64,000 bases of DNA, from positions 7,151 through 71,150 of the forward strand of contig CAMBZU010000005.1 of NCBI GenBank assembly GCA_945872355.1, in the 5' to 3' direction. This stretch comes from Chitinophaga pinensis. GTDB taxonomy: Bacteria; Bacteroidota; Bacteroidia; UBA4408. A model generated the notes under the pieces. That model did no database searches. It was given only the letters and a program-made list of their open reading frames with translations, and was not told where the DNA came from. Shown here piece after piece: positions 10,416 to 21,605 of this stretch. A program made the translations under genes and the position numbers. The stretch's first letter is position 1, and each line of letters starts with the position of its first letter.

Positions 10416-11129
10416 ATGCAACCAATTATTTCTTTAAACAATATTGTTAGGTCGTTTAGTATTGGGGCCGAAGAAGTGAAAGCTTTGCGCGGTATTAATC
10501 TTAATATTAATAAAAATGAATATGTAGCTTTAATGGGCCCAAGTGGTTCAGGAAAATCTACATTAATGAATTTGTTAGGTTGTTTAGATACACCAACTTC
10601 AGGTCAGTACATTCTAAATGGCACTGATGTGAGTGTTTTAAACGATAATGAATTGGCACAAATACGCAACAAGGAAATCGGCTTTATTTTTCAAACCTTT
10701 AACTTGCTGCCTAAATCTACAGCTTTAGATAATGTTATTTTGCCATTAATTTATGCAGGCATGGGTAAGGTTGAACGCGAGCAAAAAGCCCTTAAAACAC
10801 TTGATGATGTTGGTTTAGCTAATCGTGTGAAACACAAGCCCAATGAACTGTCTGGAGGTCAAAGACAACGTGTAGCTGTGGCAAGAGCTTTGGTAAACAA
10901 TCCTGCAATTATCTTGGCAGATGAACCAACTGGAAATTTAGATTCAAAAACTTCGGTTGAAATTATGGGACTGTTCGAAGAAATTCATAAAAAAGGAAAT
11001 ACCATTATTGTAGTTACTCATGAAGAAGATATTGCCCGTCATGCCCATCGTATTATTCGTTTAAGAGATGGTGTTATTGAATCAGATGAAATCAATAAAG
11101 AAATAGTGCAAGTGAGTGAAAGAATTTGA
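10416..11129 (+). CDS. ABC transporter ATP-binding protein (LolD/MacB-type)
   Basis: 237 aa; Walker [10 protein letters not shown], signature LSGGQRQR, Walker [13 protein letters not shown]-loop. Confidence 0.85.
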   Translation: MQPIISLNNIVRSFSIGAEEVKALRGINLNINKNEYVALMGPSGSGKSTLMNLLGCLDTPTSGQYILNGTDVSVLNDNELAQIRNKEIGFIFQTFNLLPKSTALDNVILPLIYAGMGKVEREQKALKTLDDVGLANRVKHKPNELSGGQRQRVAVARALVNNPAIILADEPTGNLDSKTSVEIMGLFEEIHKKGNTIIVVTHEEDIARHAHRIIRLRDGVIESDEINKEIVQVSERI

Positions 11130-11148
11130 ATTCATAAATTAAATAAAA

Positions 11149-12333
11149 ATGAAATTCTTAAAAAGTTTTCTGAAATGGTTTTTAATTGTGCTTTTAGTGC
11201 TCAATGTTTTTATTATTGTTACAGGTAATACACATATTTACAAAGGGCTTCAACACACTTATTTTAAAGGCAGAAGTGGACCTTCTCCTTTAGAGTATAC
11301 CATTTTCGAAAATAATGAAATTAAGGCTGCTAAAGAACAACCTTGGGCACTTGCAAAAAGCTATAACAAAATTGAAATTACTGTACCTGCGCGTAAAGCA
11401 TTAGAGGATTATAAATCACTTGCATTTCTTGTATTCAAAAATGATTCATTGCTTTATGAAGAGTATTGGGATGAAGGTGCCAAAGGCTCAATAACTAATT
11501 CATTCAGCATGGCTAAAACATTTGTAAGTGTATTGGTTGGCATTGCTATTGGTGAGGGAAAAATTAAAAATGTTGATGAACCTGTTGGTGATTTTATTCC
11601 TGAATATAAAACTGGACTTAACGCAAAACTAACTGTTAAACATTTGCTTACCATGAGCTCTGGAATTGATTTTGATGAAGATTATGTTAGTCCTTTTGCC
11701 TATCCTGCTAAAGCCTATTATGGCACTGATATTCGAAAGCTTACCATGCAGTATAAACTTACTGAAGAACCTGGCAAAGTATTTAAATATTTAAGCGGCA
11801 ATACCGAACTTTTAGCTTTTGTATTGGAAAAAGCAACAGGAATGAGTATTAGTGAATACGCGTCACAAAAACTTTGGATTCCTATTGGTGCTTCTAAAGC
11901 TGCTTTTTGGAGTTTAGATGATAATGATGGTGTAGAAAAAGCGTACTGTTGTTTTAATAGCAATGCGCGTGATTTTGCTAGAATTGGTGCACTATACATG
12001 CATAATGGCAATTGGAATGGAAAGCAAATTGTACCTGAAGCGTATGTGCAAAAATCAATTATACCTGCGCAGTTATTGGATGAAGAAAATAAGCCGAACA
12101 ATCGTTATGGCTATAGCTGGTGGATGCTTGATTATAAAGGAATGCACATCTATTATGCCCGTGGTATTTTAGGTCAATATATAGTAGCAATTCCCGATAA
12201 AAATGTTTTAATGGTGCGCTTAGGCCAAAAAAGAAGTAAGGAGAAAATTAATGATCATCCCAAAGATTTATACACTTATATTGATGCAGCATTAGATTTG
12301 AATTCAAAAACTAAATTAGTGATTTATGATTAA
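11149..12333 (+). CDS. Serine hydrolase, beta-lactamase/PBP-related family (membrane-anchored)
   Basis: 394 aa; N-terminal TM helix; S-x-x-K motif (SMAK) in the expected position of class C beta-lactamase-like esterases. Confidence 0.7.
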   Translation: MKFLKSFLKWFLIVLLVLNVFIIVTGNTHIYKGLQHTYFKGRSGPSPLEYTIFENNEIKAAKEQPWALAKSYNKIEITVPARKALEDYKSLAFLVFKNDSLLYEEYWDEGAKGSITNSFSMAKTFVSVLVGIAIGEGKIKNVDEPVGDFIPEYKTGLNAKLTVKHLLTMSSGIDFDEDYVSPFAYPAKAYYGTDIRKLTMQYKLTEEPGKVFKYLSGNTELLAFVLEKATGMSISEYASQKLWIPIGASKAAFWSLDDNDGVEKAYCCFNSNARDFARIGALYMHNGNWNGKQIVPEAYVQKSIIPAQLLDEENKPNNRYGYSWWMLDYKGMHIYYARGILGQYIVAIPDKNVLMVRLGQKRSKEKINDHPKDLYTYIDAALDLNSKTKLVIYD

Positions 12334-12730
12334 AGATATTCCTGAATTAAAAGTTGAAAATATTGCCATTGCTGTTGTGCAGGAAAAAAACGAATTGGAA
12401 GAAACTGTTTGGAACAGTTATTTAATAAATTTAAAGGAAGAGCAAATAGAAGGTGTTTTGGTAACATCAACAGGCTATGGTGAATTGAACGAAGAAAAAG
12501 TGAGAACTTCCACTTTAAGACACTTTTTAGATGAAGTTGCACCAAAATCATTTGTAAAAATTGAACCAATTATTGAAGAAGTTTTTGGCATTAACAATGA
12601 GTATTGGTTAAGTTTTTATTTGAATAAAACAATGTATGATAAACGTTATGTATTTTTAGCCGAGAGTATTACCGAAGCTAATTTTACCACAATTCCAATC
12701 ATGAACAAAAAAGGAGTCATGATTATTTAA
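12326..12730 (+). CDS. Hypothetical protein (134 aa), translationally coupled to upstream hydrolase
   Basis: ATG overlaps the stop of the 11149-12333 gene by 8 nt; acidic, no recognisable motif. Confidence 0.45.
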   Translation: MIKDIPELKVENIAIAVVQEKNELEETVWNSYLINLKEEQIEGVLVTSTGYGELNEEKVRTSTLRHFLDEVAPKSFVKIEPIIEEVFGINNEYWLSFYLNKTMYDKRYVFLAESITEANFTTIPIMNKKGVMII

Positions 12731-12748
12731 TCCTAACAACTTAAAATT

Positions 12749-13465
12749 ATGGAAAATTTAAAGCCAACAGATTTACTTTTTATTGATATTGAAACCGTAC
12801 CTCAATACGCAAGCTACAACGATACCTCAGAAATTGAAAAACATCTTTGGCAAAAAAAAGCGCAGTGCTTGATGCATCAAAATGATACTGTAGAAAGTAT
12901 TTATCAAAAAGCTGGTATTTATGCTGAATTTGGTAAGATTGTATGCATTTCAACAGGCTATTTAACGGCACAAAATAATGCCTATCAAATGCATTTAAAA
13001 TCATTTTATAATGATGATGAAAAAATAGTGCTTCAGGAATTTACGAGTTACTTGAACAAAATGCATAAAGAAAAAAAACAGTTGGCTTTATGCGCTCACA
13101 ATGGGAAAGAATTCGACTATCCTTATATTATCAGAAGATTACTTATTAACGGATTAAACGTTCCCTCAATGCTTAATTTAGCGGGTAAAAAACCATGGGA
13201 AATTCAACATCTTGATACACTAGAAATGTGGAAGTTTGGCGATTATAAAAACTATACTTCTCTCGAATTATTAGCACATGTTTTTGGAATTAAAACACCA
13301 AAGGACGATATAGATGGAAGCAAAGTTGCAAGCGTTTATTATATCGAAAAAAACTTGAAACGTATTGTTGAATATTGCCAAAAAGATGTAGCCACATTAG
13401 CGCAGCTGTATTTAAAAATGAAAGGCGATTTAGGCTTTAATGCTGATGAAATCAATTATTTGTAA
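12749..13465 (+). CDS. 3'-5' exonuclease, DEDD/RNase H-like fold (PolB-exonuclease-related family)
   Basis: 238 aa; Exo I motif FIDIETVP at N-terminus, later HNGKEFDYPY and C-terminal YCQKDVAT (Exo III-like Y-x3-D). Confidence 0.65.
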   Translation: MENLKPTDLLFIDIETVPQYASYNDTSEIEKHLWQKKAQCLMHQNDTVESIYQKAGIYAEFGKIVCISTGYLTAQNNAYQMHLKSFYNDDEKIVLQEFTSYLNKMHKEKKQLALCAHNGKEFDYPYIIRRLLINGLNVPSMLNLAGKKPWEIQHLDTLEMWKFGDYKNYTSLELLAHVFGIKTPKDDIDGSKVASVYYIEKNLKRIVEYCQKDVATLAQLYLKMKGDLGFNADEINYL

Positions 13466-13474
13466 TGCCTTGTA

Positions 13475-15193
13475 ATGCATAAGGATATACTGCTGCAAAT
13501 TGACCAACTGCATATTGATTTTGCAGGCAACGATGGCATAGTACACGCTATTCAAGATTTAAATCTTACTGTAAATAAAGGCGAAACAATTGGCATTGTT
13601 GGCGAAAGCGGTTCTGGTAAATCTGTTACTTCTTTAGCTGTGATGGGTTTGTTGCCTCCGCAAGGAAAAATTTCAAAAGGGGCTATTCATTTCAACAATA
13701 AAGAAAATACGCAAAAGCAATTGCATCAGCTTCCCGAAAAAGAGTTTCAGCGCATAAGAGGCAATGAAATTAGCATGATTTTTCAGGAGCCAATGACCTC
13801 TTTAAACCCAGTTCATACCTGTGGTTTGCAGGTAGCAGAAGTTTTAATGCTGCACCAAAATTTAAGCCCAAAAGAAGCAAAGAAAAAAACGTTGGCCTTA
13901 TTTGAACAGGTTCAATTGCCGCGCGTGGAGCAAATGTTTAACGCTTTTCCTCATCAGCTTTCTGGTGGTCAAAAACAAAGGGTAATGATTGCCATGGCTA
14001 TTGCTTGTAAGCCACAGTTGTTGATAGCTGACGAACCCACAACAGCGCTTGATGTAACTGTGCAGCAAACCATTCTTGAACTGCTTAAAGACCTGCAGAA
14101 AGAGTACAATATGGGTATGATTTTTATTACGCATGATTTAGGCGTTGTGGCACAAATAGCGCAAAAAATTTTAGTAATGTACAAGGGAAAAACAGTGGAA
14201 CAAGGTAATATTAATCAAATATTTAATGCTCCTCAACACCCTTATACTAAAGGCTTAATGGCTTGTAAACCTCCTTTAAATTCCCGTCCAGAAAAGCTAT
14301 TAACTGTGGCCGATTTTTTAGATGGCAAGCCAGAAAGTATTATTGTAAAACAAATAGGAAAGGAGCAAAGGGAGGTCGCACACCATCAGTTATATGCTGC
14401 AGCTCCGCTATTACAAGTGCAAGCATTAACTACACAGTTCATCACAAAAAAAGGATTTATTAAACCACAAATAAGTGTGTTGAATGCAGTTGATGATGTT
14501 AGTTTTAATGTGTTTAAAGGTGAAACTCTTGGTTTGGTGGGCGAATCAGGTTGCGGTAAATCAACTTTAGGACGCAGTATTTTAAGATTAATTGAACCAA
14601 GTGCTGGAAAAATTATATACAATAATCAGCATTTGCTCGATTTAAATAAGGCTGAAATGTTGAAAATGAGGCATAAAATGCAGCTTATTTTTCAAGATCC
14701 ATTTTCATCTTTAAATCCAAGAATAACTGTTGGTAATGCCATTGCAGAGCCAATGATAGTTCATGGCATTTCAAAGAACAAGGATGAAATACGAGCTAAG
14801 GTGTTAAGTTTATTACTTCGTGTTGGATTAACAGAACAGCATTACGACCGTTATCCGCATGAGTTTTCTGGCGGGCAGCGCCAAAGAATTGGCATTGCCA
14901 GAACTTTAGCGGTAGAGCCCGAGTTTATTGTGTGCGATGAATCAGTGTCTGCATTAGATGTTTCGGTGCAAGCACAGGTGCTTAATTTATTAAATGAGTT
15001 AAAAGCGGAATTTGCGTTGACCTATATTTTTATTTCGCATGATTTATCAGTGGTAAAATACATGTGTGATAATATTATTGTGATGCAAAAAGGTAAAATT
15101 GTGGAGATGGCTGAGGCCGATCGTTTATATCAACATCCGCAATCTGATTATACTAAGAAACTAATAGCTGCTATTCCAGCTCATTTAGTTTAA
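13475..15193 (+). CDS. ABC transporter ATP-binding protein with duplicated ATPase domains (oligopeptide DppD/DppF-fused type)
   Basis: 572 aa; two Walker A (GESGSGKS / GESGCGKS), two LSGGQ(K/R)QR signatures, two Walker B. Confidence 0.85.
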   Translation: MHKDILLQIDQLHIDFAGNDGIVHAIQDLNLTVNKGETIGIVGESGSGKSVTSLAVMGLLPPQGKISKGAIHFNNKENTQKQLHQLPEKEFQRIRGNEISMIFQEPMTSLNPVHTCGLQVAEVLMLHQNLSPKEAKKKTLALFEQVQLPRVEQMFNAFPHQLSGGQKQRVMIAMAIACKPQLLIADEPTTALDVTVQQTILELLKDLQKEYNMGMIFITHDLGVVAQIAQKILVMYKGKTVEQGNINQIFNAPQHPYTKGLMACKPPLNSRPEKLLTVADFLDGKPESIIVKQIGKEQREVAHHQLYAAAPLLQVQALTTQFITKKGFIKPQISVLNAVDDVSFNVFKGETLGLVGESGCGKSTLGRSILRLIEPSAGKIIYNNQHLLDLNKAEMLKMRHKMQLIFQDPFSSLNPRITVGNAIAEPMIVHGISKNKDEIRAKVLSLLLRVGLTEQHYDRYPHEFSGGQRQRIGIARTLAVEPEFIVCDESVSALDVSVQAQVLNLLNELKAEFALTYIFISHDLSVVKYMCDNIIVMQKGKIVEMAEADRLYQHPQSDYTKKLIAAIPAHLV

Positions 15194-17118
15194 CTTACCA
15201 TCACATTTTTCTTTTCTGCAATCAGTTCAATGGCACAATTGTAAATGCCTTGCGCATCAAAACCACATTCTGCGTAAAGCTCTTTTTGCTCACCATGGTC
15301 AATAAAGCTATCAGGAATACCTAACCTTTTTACATGCGCCATATAGCCGTTTGATGACATAAATTCAACAACTGCACTGCCCATACCACCAATAACACAG
15401 CCATCTTCAACGGTTATTACTTTATCGTGTTTCGAAAAAACTTCATGCAACAGCAGCTCATCAATTGGTTTTGCAAAACGCATATCATAATGTGCTGCTT
15501 CAATACCTTGCTTAGCTAAATTATTGCAAGCATCAATGGCTAAATTTCCAATATGACCAATGCTTAAAATAGCAATGTCTTTTCCGTCTCTTAATTTGCG
15601 CCCTTTGCCAACTGCAAGTGCTTTCATAGGTTTTTTCCAATCAGTCATTACACCGTTTCCTCTTGGATAACGAATTACAAAAGCACCCATATTTTCTTGC
15701 TGCGCAGTATACATCAGGTTGCGTAATTCTTCTTCATTCATTGGTGCCGAAACAATCATGTTTGGAATACAACGCATATAGGCTATATCGTATGCGCCAT
15801 GATGTGTAGCGCCATCAGAACCAGCAAATCCACCTCTATCTAAACAAAAAACAACATTTAAATTTTGTAAGGCTACATCGTGTATAACTTGATCGTAGGC
15901 TCTTTGCATAAACGAAGAGTAAATATTGCAAAAAGGCAACATCCCTTGCGTAGCTAAACCAGCTGAAAAAGTTACAGCATGTTGTTCAGCGATTCCCACG
16001 TCAAAAGCGCGATCGGGCATGGCCTTCATCATAATGTTAAGCGAACAACCTGAAGGCATGGCAGGTGTAATTCCCATTATTTTACTGTTTTTTTCTGCAA
16101 GCTCAACAATGGTATGTCCAAATACATCTTGGTATTTAGGCGGTTGAGGTTGCGTAGGCACCACTTTTACAATTTCACCAGTATCTTTATTAAATAGCCC
16201 TGGAGAATGCCAAATGGTTTGATTTCCTTCTTCAGAGAACTTATAACCTTTTCCTTTTACGGTTAAGCAATGCAATATTTTAGGACCAGGAATATCTTTT
16301 AAATCTTCCATAATTTTAGCTAAACGCACTACATCATGCCCATCAACAGGTCCAAAATACCTGAATTTTAATGACTCAAATAAATTGCTCTGCTTAAGCA
16401 TGGTGGCCTTTATGCCATTTTCTATTTTAGAGGCTATTTCTTGGGCGTTAGGTCCAAACTTGCTTATTTTCCCCAGTAATTTCCATACTTCATCCTTCAC
16501 TTTGTTGTAGGTGTGAGAAGTAGTAATATCAGTTAAATATTCTTTTAAAGCACCAACATTAGGGTCAATGCTCATACAATTGTCATTTAAAACAACCAGC
16601 AAATTGCTGTTTTCAACACCACCGTGATTTAAACCTTCAAAAGCCAAACCAGCGGTCATTGCACCATCGCCTATAACTGCTATGTGCTGTCTGTTTTTTT
16701 CTCCTTTATATCTACTTGCCACTGCCATTCCTAAAGCAGCAGAAATAGAAGTACTTGAATGCCCAACACCAAAAGTATCGTAAATACTTTCTTTACGTTT
16801 TGGGAAACCACTAATGCCTTTGTAAATTCTATTGGTATGAAAAATATTTTTACGGCCAGTTAAAATTTTATGTCCATAAGCCTGATGGCCTACATCCCAA
16901 ACCAATTGATCGTAAGGTGTATTGAATACGTAATGCAAAGCCACTGTGAGTTCAACCACGCCCAAACTTGCTCCAAAATGCCCACCTTTAACAGAAACAA
17001 TATCAATAATAAATTGCCTAAGTTCATCGCAAAGTTGAGGAAGTTGTTCTTCACTTAACTTTTTTAAATCTTCAGGTGTTTCTATAGCTGAAAGGAGAGG
17101 GCCTGGTTTAATTTCCAT
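15190..17118 (-). CDS. dxs: 1-deoxy-D-xylulose-5-phosphate synthase
   Basis: 642 aa; GGHFGASLGVVELTVALHYVF, TPP-binding GDGAMTAG.A.E..N; stop overlaps the stop of the convergent ABC gene. Confidence 0.95.
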   Translation of the reverse strand: MEIKPGPLLSAIETPEDLKKLSEEQLPQLCDELRQFIIDIVSVKGGHFGASLGVVELTVALHYVFNTPYDQLVWDVGHQAYGHKILTGRKNIFHTNRIYKGISGFPKRKESIYDTFGVGHSSTSISAALGMAVASRYKGEKNRQHIAVIGDGAMTAGLAFEGLNHGGVENSNLLVVLNDNCMSIDPNVGALKEYLTDITTSHTYNKVKDEVWKLLGKISKFGPNAQEIASKIENGIKATMLKQSNLFESLKFRYFGPVDGHDVVRLAKIMEDLKDIPGPKILHCLTVKGKGYKFSEEGNQTIWHSPGLFNKDTGEIVKVVPTQPQPPKYQDVFGHTIVELAEKNSKIMGITPAMPSGCSLNIMMKAMPDRAFDVGIAEQHAVTFSAGLATQGMLPFCNIYSSFMQRAYDQVIHDVALQNLNVVFCLDRGGFAGSDGATHHGAYDIAYMRCIPNMIVSAPMNEEELRNLMYTAQQENMGAFVIRYPRGNGVMTDWKKPMKALAVGKGRKLRDGKDIAILSIGHIGNLAIDACNNLAKQGIEAAHYDMRFAKPIDELLLHEVFSKHDKVITVEDGCVIGGMGSAVVEFMSSNGYMAHVKRLGIPDSFIDHGEQKELYAECGFDAQGIYNCAIELIAEKKNVMVS

Positions 17119-17199
17119 AGAGTGATTTTTTTTTTCTTAACTGAAATAGGTACAACAAATTCTCTTGATTAATGTTTTTAACAAATTATAGGTTTTGAA

Positions 17200-17673
17200 T
17201 TAAGGTGTAATAATTTCAGGGGTGCTAATTACATTACTCTTATTTAGTGCTTTATCAACAATATAAATTTCATATTTAATCGTATCGTACTTCGAAAAGG
17301 GATCATAGTAAAAAGGCTTTATAGCAATTTTTATTTCCCCTTGAATTGTTTTCTTTTTTGATGATGTGTTAATAATTGGAATTCTGTAATTAAACTCAAA
17401 AGGAAGTACTCTTTTCACCCAAACTCCCTTTTGTTTTTCGATATATGAAATAAAACAATTGTAATTGTTAGGCGCCACAGTGTCGTTTTGAGTTAATCCA
17501 ATATCACCATCGCCATCAATAAAATTAAGGTAAAGATTGGCTGTGTCTTTATTTGCTTGAAAATCTTTAAAAGCAATTTCAGGAATGGGCGAAGCAGTCT
17601 GTTTTTTAAGACATGCAGTTAAAGCAATTGTTAAGCCTGTAAGTAATAAAAATAAGAAAGTTTTTAAACGCAT
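17200..17673 (-). CDS. Hypothetical lipoprotein
   Basis: 157 aa; signal peptide ending in lipobox LTAC. Confidence 0.5.
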   Translation of the reverse strand: MRLKTFLFLLLTGLTIALTACLKKQTASPIPEIAFKDFQANKDTANLYLNFIDGDGDIGLTQNDTVAPNNYNCFISYIEKQKGVWVKRVLPFEFNYRIPIINTSSKKKTIQGEIKIAIKPFYYDPFSKYDTIKYEIYIVDKALNKSNVISTPEIITP

Positions 17674-17759
17674 GCTTTATTCTAAATTGCAATGATTAAT
17701 TGTAAGTAAATTTATTGATTATTTGCTTGTAAACAACAAAATGCCTGTTTTTTTACTGT

Positions 17760-18743
17760 TTATTGTTTTATAAATTTTACTATTTCGCCTTCAGTGGTTT
17801 TAATAAAATAAATTCCTTTAGATAAATTGTCAGTTTCAAATTCTTTTGCAAATATCGATTTACTTACTGTTTGACCTAACATATCAACTACCATAAAGGT
17901 GGTTGTTTTACTTAAATTAATTTTACCACCACAATTTGGGTTGGGGTATAAGTTCAATGGTTTGTTGTTATTAATTTTTGATGCGTTAGCAGTCACAATA
18001 TCTCTTGTAATATTAATATCATCTAATCCTAAAATAGGTCTTGGCCCCCCTGCATTTTGAGCCGTTTGATGATAAATCCATCTTACTTCAACTAAAGCTT
18101 GGTTATTGCAAGTATCAGGTAAAATAGATGTTAGCGTATCTGTGGTGCCAAAAACTTTATAGGTTGCTGAATCGCTATTGCAAATAAATAAATAATCACC
18201 CGGTAAATTAATGAATGCACTTATTGTATCTAACCTATATTGGCAGGCAATGCCATAAAATCTTGATACTTGGTTTGGCGGACTGTTTACAAAATTAAAA
18301 CTGTTTAGCATTCTTGCAATCCAAGAAACTGTAATATTTGTGCAATTCAATGTGTTTAAAGCCACCGTTGCATCACCCACATATACACTTGTACCTGAAC
18401 CATTAATCATACAAGCAGGTATTTGACTTGAGCCAATATTTTTAAATGCAACTCCTTCGATGCCTTTTCCTCTAACCCAACAACTATTTAAAGTATCATA
18501 AGTACATGCCCAATCACCATTTGCAACACTGTTTTCTGTTGGACTTTGATCGCCCAAAGTATGAAACATCATGTTATTTGGGTAGGTTAATGCAGCGGAA
18601 GTGCTATCCCAAGCAGAAAATGTATAATTGCCATTGTACAAGTTAAAAGGCGCTGGACTGGTTTGTGCAAAACATTGCAGTAAAGCAATGGAAAAGGATG
18701 CTAAAAGTATAAGTTTTTTCATTTTTTGATTTATCTGTTGCAA
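17760..18743 (-). CDS. Secreted protein with T9SS (Por) C-terminal sorting domain
   Basis: 327 aa; signal peptide (true start may be the internal MKKLILL); C-terminal ..LYPNPN...KGIYFIKTTEGEIVKFIKQ T9SS tail. Confidence 0.6.
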   Translation of the reverse strand: MQQINQKMKKLILLASFSIALLQCFAQTSPAPFNLYNGNYTFSAWDSTSAALTYPNNMMFHTLGDQSPTENSVANGDWACTYDTLNSCWVRGKGIEGVAFKNIGSSQIPACMINGSGTSVYVGDATVALNTLNCTNITVSWIARMLNSFNFVNSPPNQVSRFYGIACQYRLDTISAFINLPGDYLFICNSDSATYKVFGTTDTLTSILPDTCNNQALVEVRWIYHQTAQNAGGPRPILGLDDINITRDIVTANASKINNNKPLNLYPNPNCGGKINLSKTTTFMVVDMLGQTVSKSIFAKEFETDNLSKGIYFIKTTEGEIVKFIKQ

Positions 18744-18767
18744 ATATATTCTAAATTTAATAAAATG

Positions 18768-20087
18768 CTAATCAAAGCTTTTCAAATGATTGGCCAATAT
18801 TTCAGTTTGTTTTTTTCTGGTATAAAAATCAATGGCCGCTTGATTTAAATTCATTTTAAATTCCTTGCCACTTAGCCAAGTATCAATCAAATCCTTTAAA
18901 ATTAAGTAAGACTCCTCTTCGGTATTGCAAATTATGCCTTGTCCTGTTTCTGTAATTATCCTGGCTAAAATATCGTGGTCAGAAGGACACAAAATAATAG
19001 GTTTTCTGGTGGCTAAATAATCAAAAGTTTTGGTTCCGGTTACACCTTTTACATTGCCATAGGCAACCAATAATAAAACATGCGATCGCATTTGAACTTC
19101 AATTACTTTTTTACGAGGCACACGATGCGTAATGTGTAAATTCTTCTCAAAACCCTCCATCAGTGCCTTTATCTTCATCTCTTGATAGATATTATAGCCA
19201 GTTCCAATAAAGTTAATTTTAATACTTGCTTTGCCTTTGTATGCTGTTATTACTCTTTTTAATGCGCCAATAAAAATAACAATCTCTTGCATTTCTATCA
19301 TTGTGCCATTAAAGGTAATATTGAACTCATCATACAATTTAATTTTTTTAAATTGCTCAAAATCTTCGGGAATAAATCCATTGTAAATGGTAGCGCCTTT
19401 TTTATTTAAAAAAGCACTAATTTTATCGGTATTTAATTCGGATACAGAGGAAATAAGAGCAGCATTAGATGTCCATTTTAACTCTGATCTACGCTCAATA
19501 GCCGCGGTAATTTTACTTATTGAAGGGTAATTATTATACCAATGTGATTCTATTCTTGTATTCCAATCGTCTCTATAATCGGCAATCCATTTTAAGCGCG
19601 AAAAATCCTTTTTTAAACGATAGGCAAATTTGAATAGTACATAAGGATTGGCAGTAACCACCATTAATTTAATGTCGCTATTTTTCTTTAGAAACTGTTT
19701 AGTGAATGTATAAAAGTTTCGAAATGGGATTACAAAATCTACAAAGTTTTGCATAATTAATTCCCAAAAGGTCAACAACTGTCGCATTCTTGGAAGTCGA
19801 GTATTTTCTTTTTGTGTATATAATTTGTCTCTAAAAGATTGTTTGTAAGGCAGGTAATACACTTCATAAGTTCCAAATTTTTGATGTATAACCGTTTGAT
19901 GTGTATCGTGATGCAAATCTGTTGGATAGTGCACCGGGCGCTCCCAATTGCGTGTAATTACGATAGGGTAAAAGCCAAATTCGCCCAAATATTTAGCCCA
20001 ACTTAAAGCGCGTTGCGAAGCTGTAATGTTGCATGGTGGAAAGAAGTAACTTAATATGATAATTTTGTTTTTTTTCTCTCCGCTCAT
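18768..20087 (-). CDS. Glycosyltransferase (GT-B fold, GT4-like)
   Basis: 439 aa; N-terminal IIILSYFFPP..A..R motif of GT4 N-domain; lies next to wecB. Confidence 0.55.
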   Translation of the reverse strand: MSGEKKNKIIILSYFFPPCNITASQRALSWAKYLGEFGFYPIVITRNWERPVHYPTDLHHDTHQTVIHQKFGTYEVYYLPYKQSFRDKLYTQKENTRLPRMRQLLTFWELIMQNFVDFVIPFRNFYTFTKQFLKKNSDIKLMVVTANPYVLFKFAYRLKKDFSRLKWIADYRDDWNTRIESHWYNNYPSISKITAAIERRSELKWTSNAALISSVSELNTDKISAFLNKKGATIYNGFIPEDFEQFKKIKLYDEFNITFNGTMIEMQEIVIFIGALKRVITAYKGKASIKINFIGTGYNIYQEMKIKALMEGFEKNLHITHRVPRKKVIEVQMRSHVLLLVAYGNVKGVTGTKTFDYLATRKPIILCPSDHDILARIITETGQGIICNTEEESYLILKDLIDTWLSGKEFKMNLNQAAIDFYTRKKQTEILANHLKSFD

Positions 20088-20155
20088 ACAAAGGATTAAA
20101 TAAAAAGGTTAAGCTCAAAAGTAATAAACGGTTTACATTATTACATTTTCTTTCA

Positions 20156-21238
20156 TTAATGATTTAATAATTGATTTAATATAGAGGCAGTTTTATGCGC
20201 TGCACTGCCATCACCAAGCACATTTGACCGAAAGCCAGGAGTTTTAAAATTGTGATACGCGTCAACAATTTTTTCTGCATTTGGCCCAGCTTGAAAATTC
20301 CAACCTTCATTTACTGTTTCCACCCATTCGGTCTGCTTGTCGGTTAAAATGCCCGGCACTTTATGGTAATAGCACTCTTTTGTTACACCTCCTGAATCTG
20401 TGATTACTACTTTTGCATTCATTATTAAACTTTGAGTATCAATATATCCCAGTGGTTCACAAATTATCAAGTTTTTAGATTGAAGTAAATGACCGAGTTC
20501 AAAAGCTTCAATGGCTTTTTTAGTTCTTGGATGTAGCGTGAATACTACGGGTATAGTTATTTGAGAAAGTGCTAATAATATTTGCTTCAAGTTTTCTTTG
20601 TTTTCGGCATTTGCTGCCCTGTGACAAGTGGCAAAAACGTATTGCTTTTTTTCTATTTGAAAACGATTTAAAATAGCTTTGTTGGCCTCTATTTGATTTC
20701 TAAAAGATTCAATTAAATCAATCATAATATCGCCTGTATGATAAACATGTGCTTTAATTCCCATATCGCTCAGCCAAGTTATGGCAGTTGGCGTTGCGCA
20801 AAAATAATAGTCGGCCAGCACATCGGTTATAAGTTTGTTTGTTTCTTCTGGAATGCTTTTGTCAAATTCTCTCATGCCTGCTTCAATATGTGCTAACTTA
20901 ATATTGTTTTTTGCAGCTACTATGGCCCCAGCAGCAGTGCTATTGGTATCACCAAACACAATGATGCAATCAGGTTTTTCATGCAAAACAATAATGTTTA
21001 ATTTTAACATGATGTCGGCAATTTGGTTAATGCCAATACTCAAATTTGCATTCAAATTGTAATCTGGCGAAGGGATATTTAACTCCTTAAAAAAGTTATC
21101 AGAAAGTTCAGTATCATAATGTTGACCTGTATGCACTATGATTTCTTTAAAGTGCTTGCGAATTTCTTTACTTAACGCTGCACATTTAATAAATTGTGGT
21201 CTAGCGCCAACAATGGTGAGTATTTTTTTTTGAAGCAT
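20156..21238 (-). CDS. wecB: UDP-N-acetylglucosamine 2-epimerase (non-hydrolysing)
   Basis: 360 aa; ILTIVGARPQFIKCA...VHTGQHYD signature. Confidence 0.9.
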   Translation of the reverse strand: MLQKKILTIVGARPQFIKCAALSKEIRKHFKEIIVHTGQHYDTELSDNFFKELNIPSPDYNLNANLSIGINQIADIMLKLNIIVLHEKPDCIIVFGDTNSTAAGAIVAAKNNIKLAHIEAGMREFDKSIPEETNKLITDVLADYYFCATPTAITWLSDMGIKAHVYHTGDIMIDLIESFRNQIEANKAILNRFQIEKKQYVFATCHRAANAENKENLKQILLALSQITIPVVFTLHPRTKKAIEAFELGHLLQSKNLIICEPLGYIDTQSLIMNAKVVITDSGGVTKECYYHKVPGILTDKQTEWVETVNEGWNFQAGPNAEKIVDAYHNFKTPGFRSNVLGDGSAAHKTASILNQLLNH

Positions 21239-21605
21239 TTATTCAGTTATCATTTACCGATTATTCAAAAACAGCAACTATGGCAAATGTATTTTTTCTT
21301 AGAATACTTTTTGAAATAACCTTTTAATGGCTGTAAAAATACACCAAATATTTTTATTACTTCAGTATTTTTAAACAGCACTGTTAAGCCAAATTAGTCA
21401 TAAGCAATACAACTCGGCCCCAAAGGCAGTTTAGTCAAATTATTGGCATAATTTATAAATCACATTTGTATAATCAATCTATTCACAAAAATCCTTTAAT
21501 ATTGTAGCACTAACAAATTTGTTTGAATTTTAGCTAACTTAACTTCAACAAATCATTTTAAACAAAGCGTTAATAGCGTCATGAAAATGCAAAATAAACA
21601 AGCCT

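Noticed and set aside
21239-21605. Possible lysine riboswitch upstream of aspartate kinase
   Set aside because: The 367-bp divergent spacer was scanned by eye. No L-box core elements were visible (a GAGGCGC-type P1/P2 junction, conserved G-rich loops) and no convincing multi-stem architecture. It is more likely just two divergent promoters. A covariance-model scan (Rfam RF00168) would be decisive.
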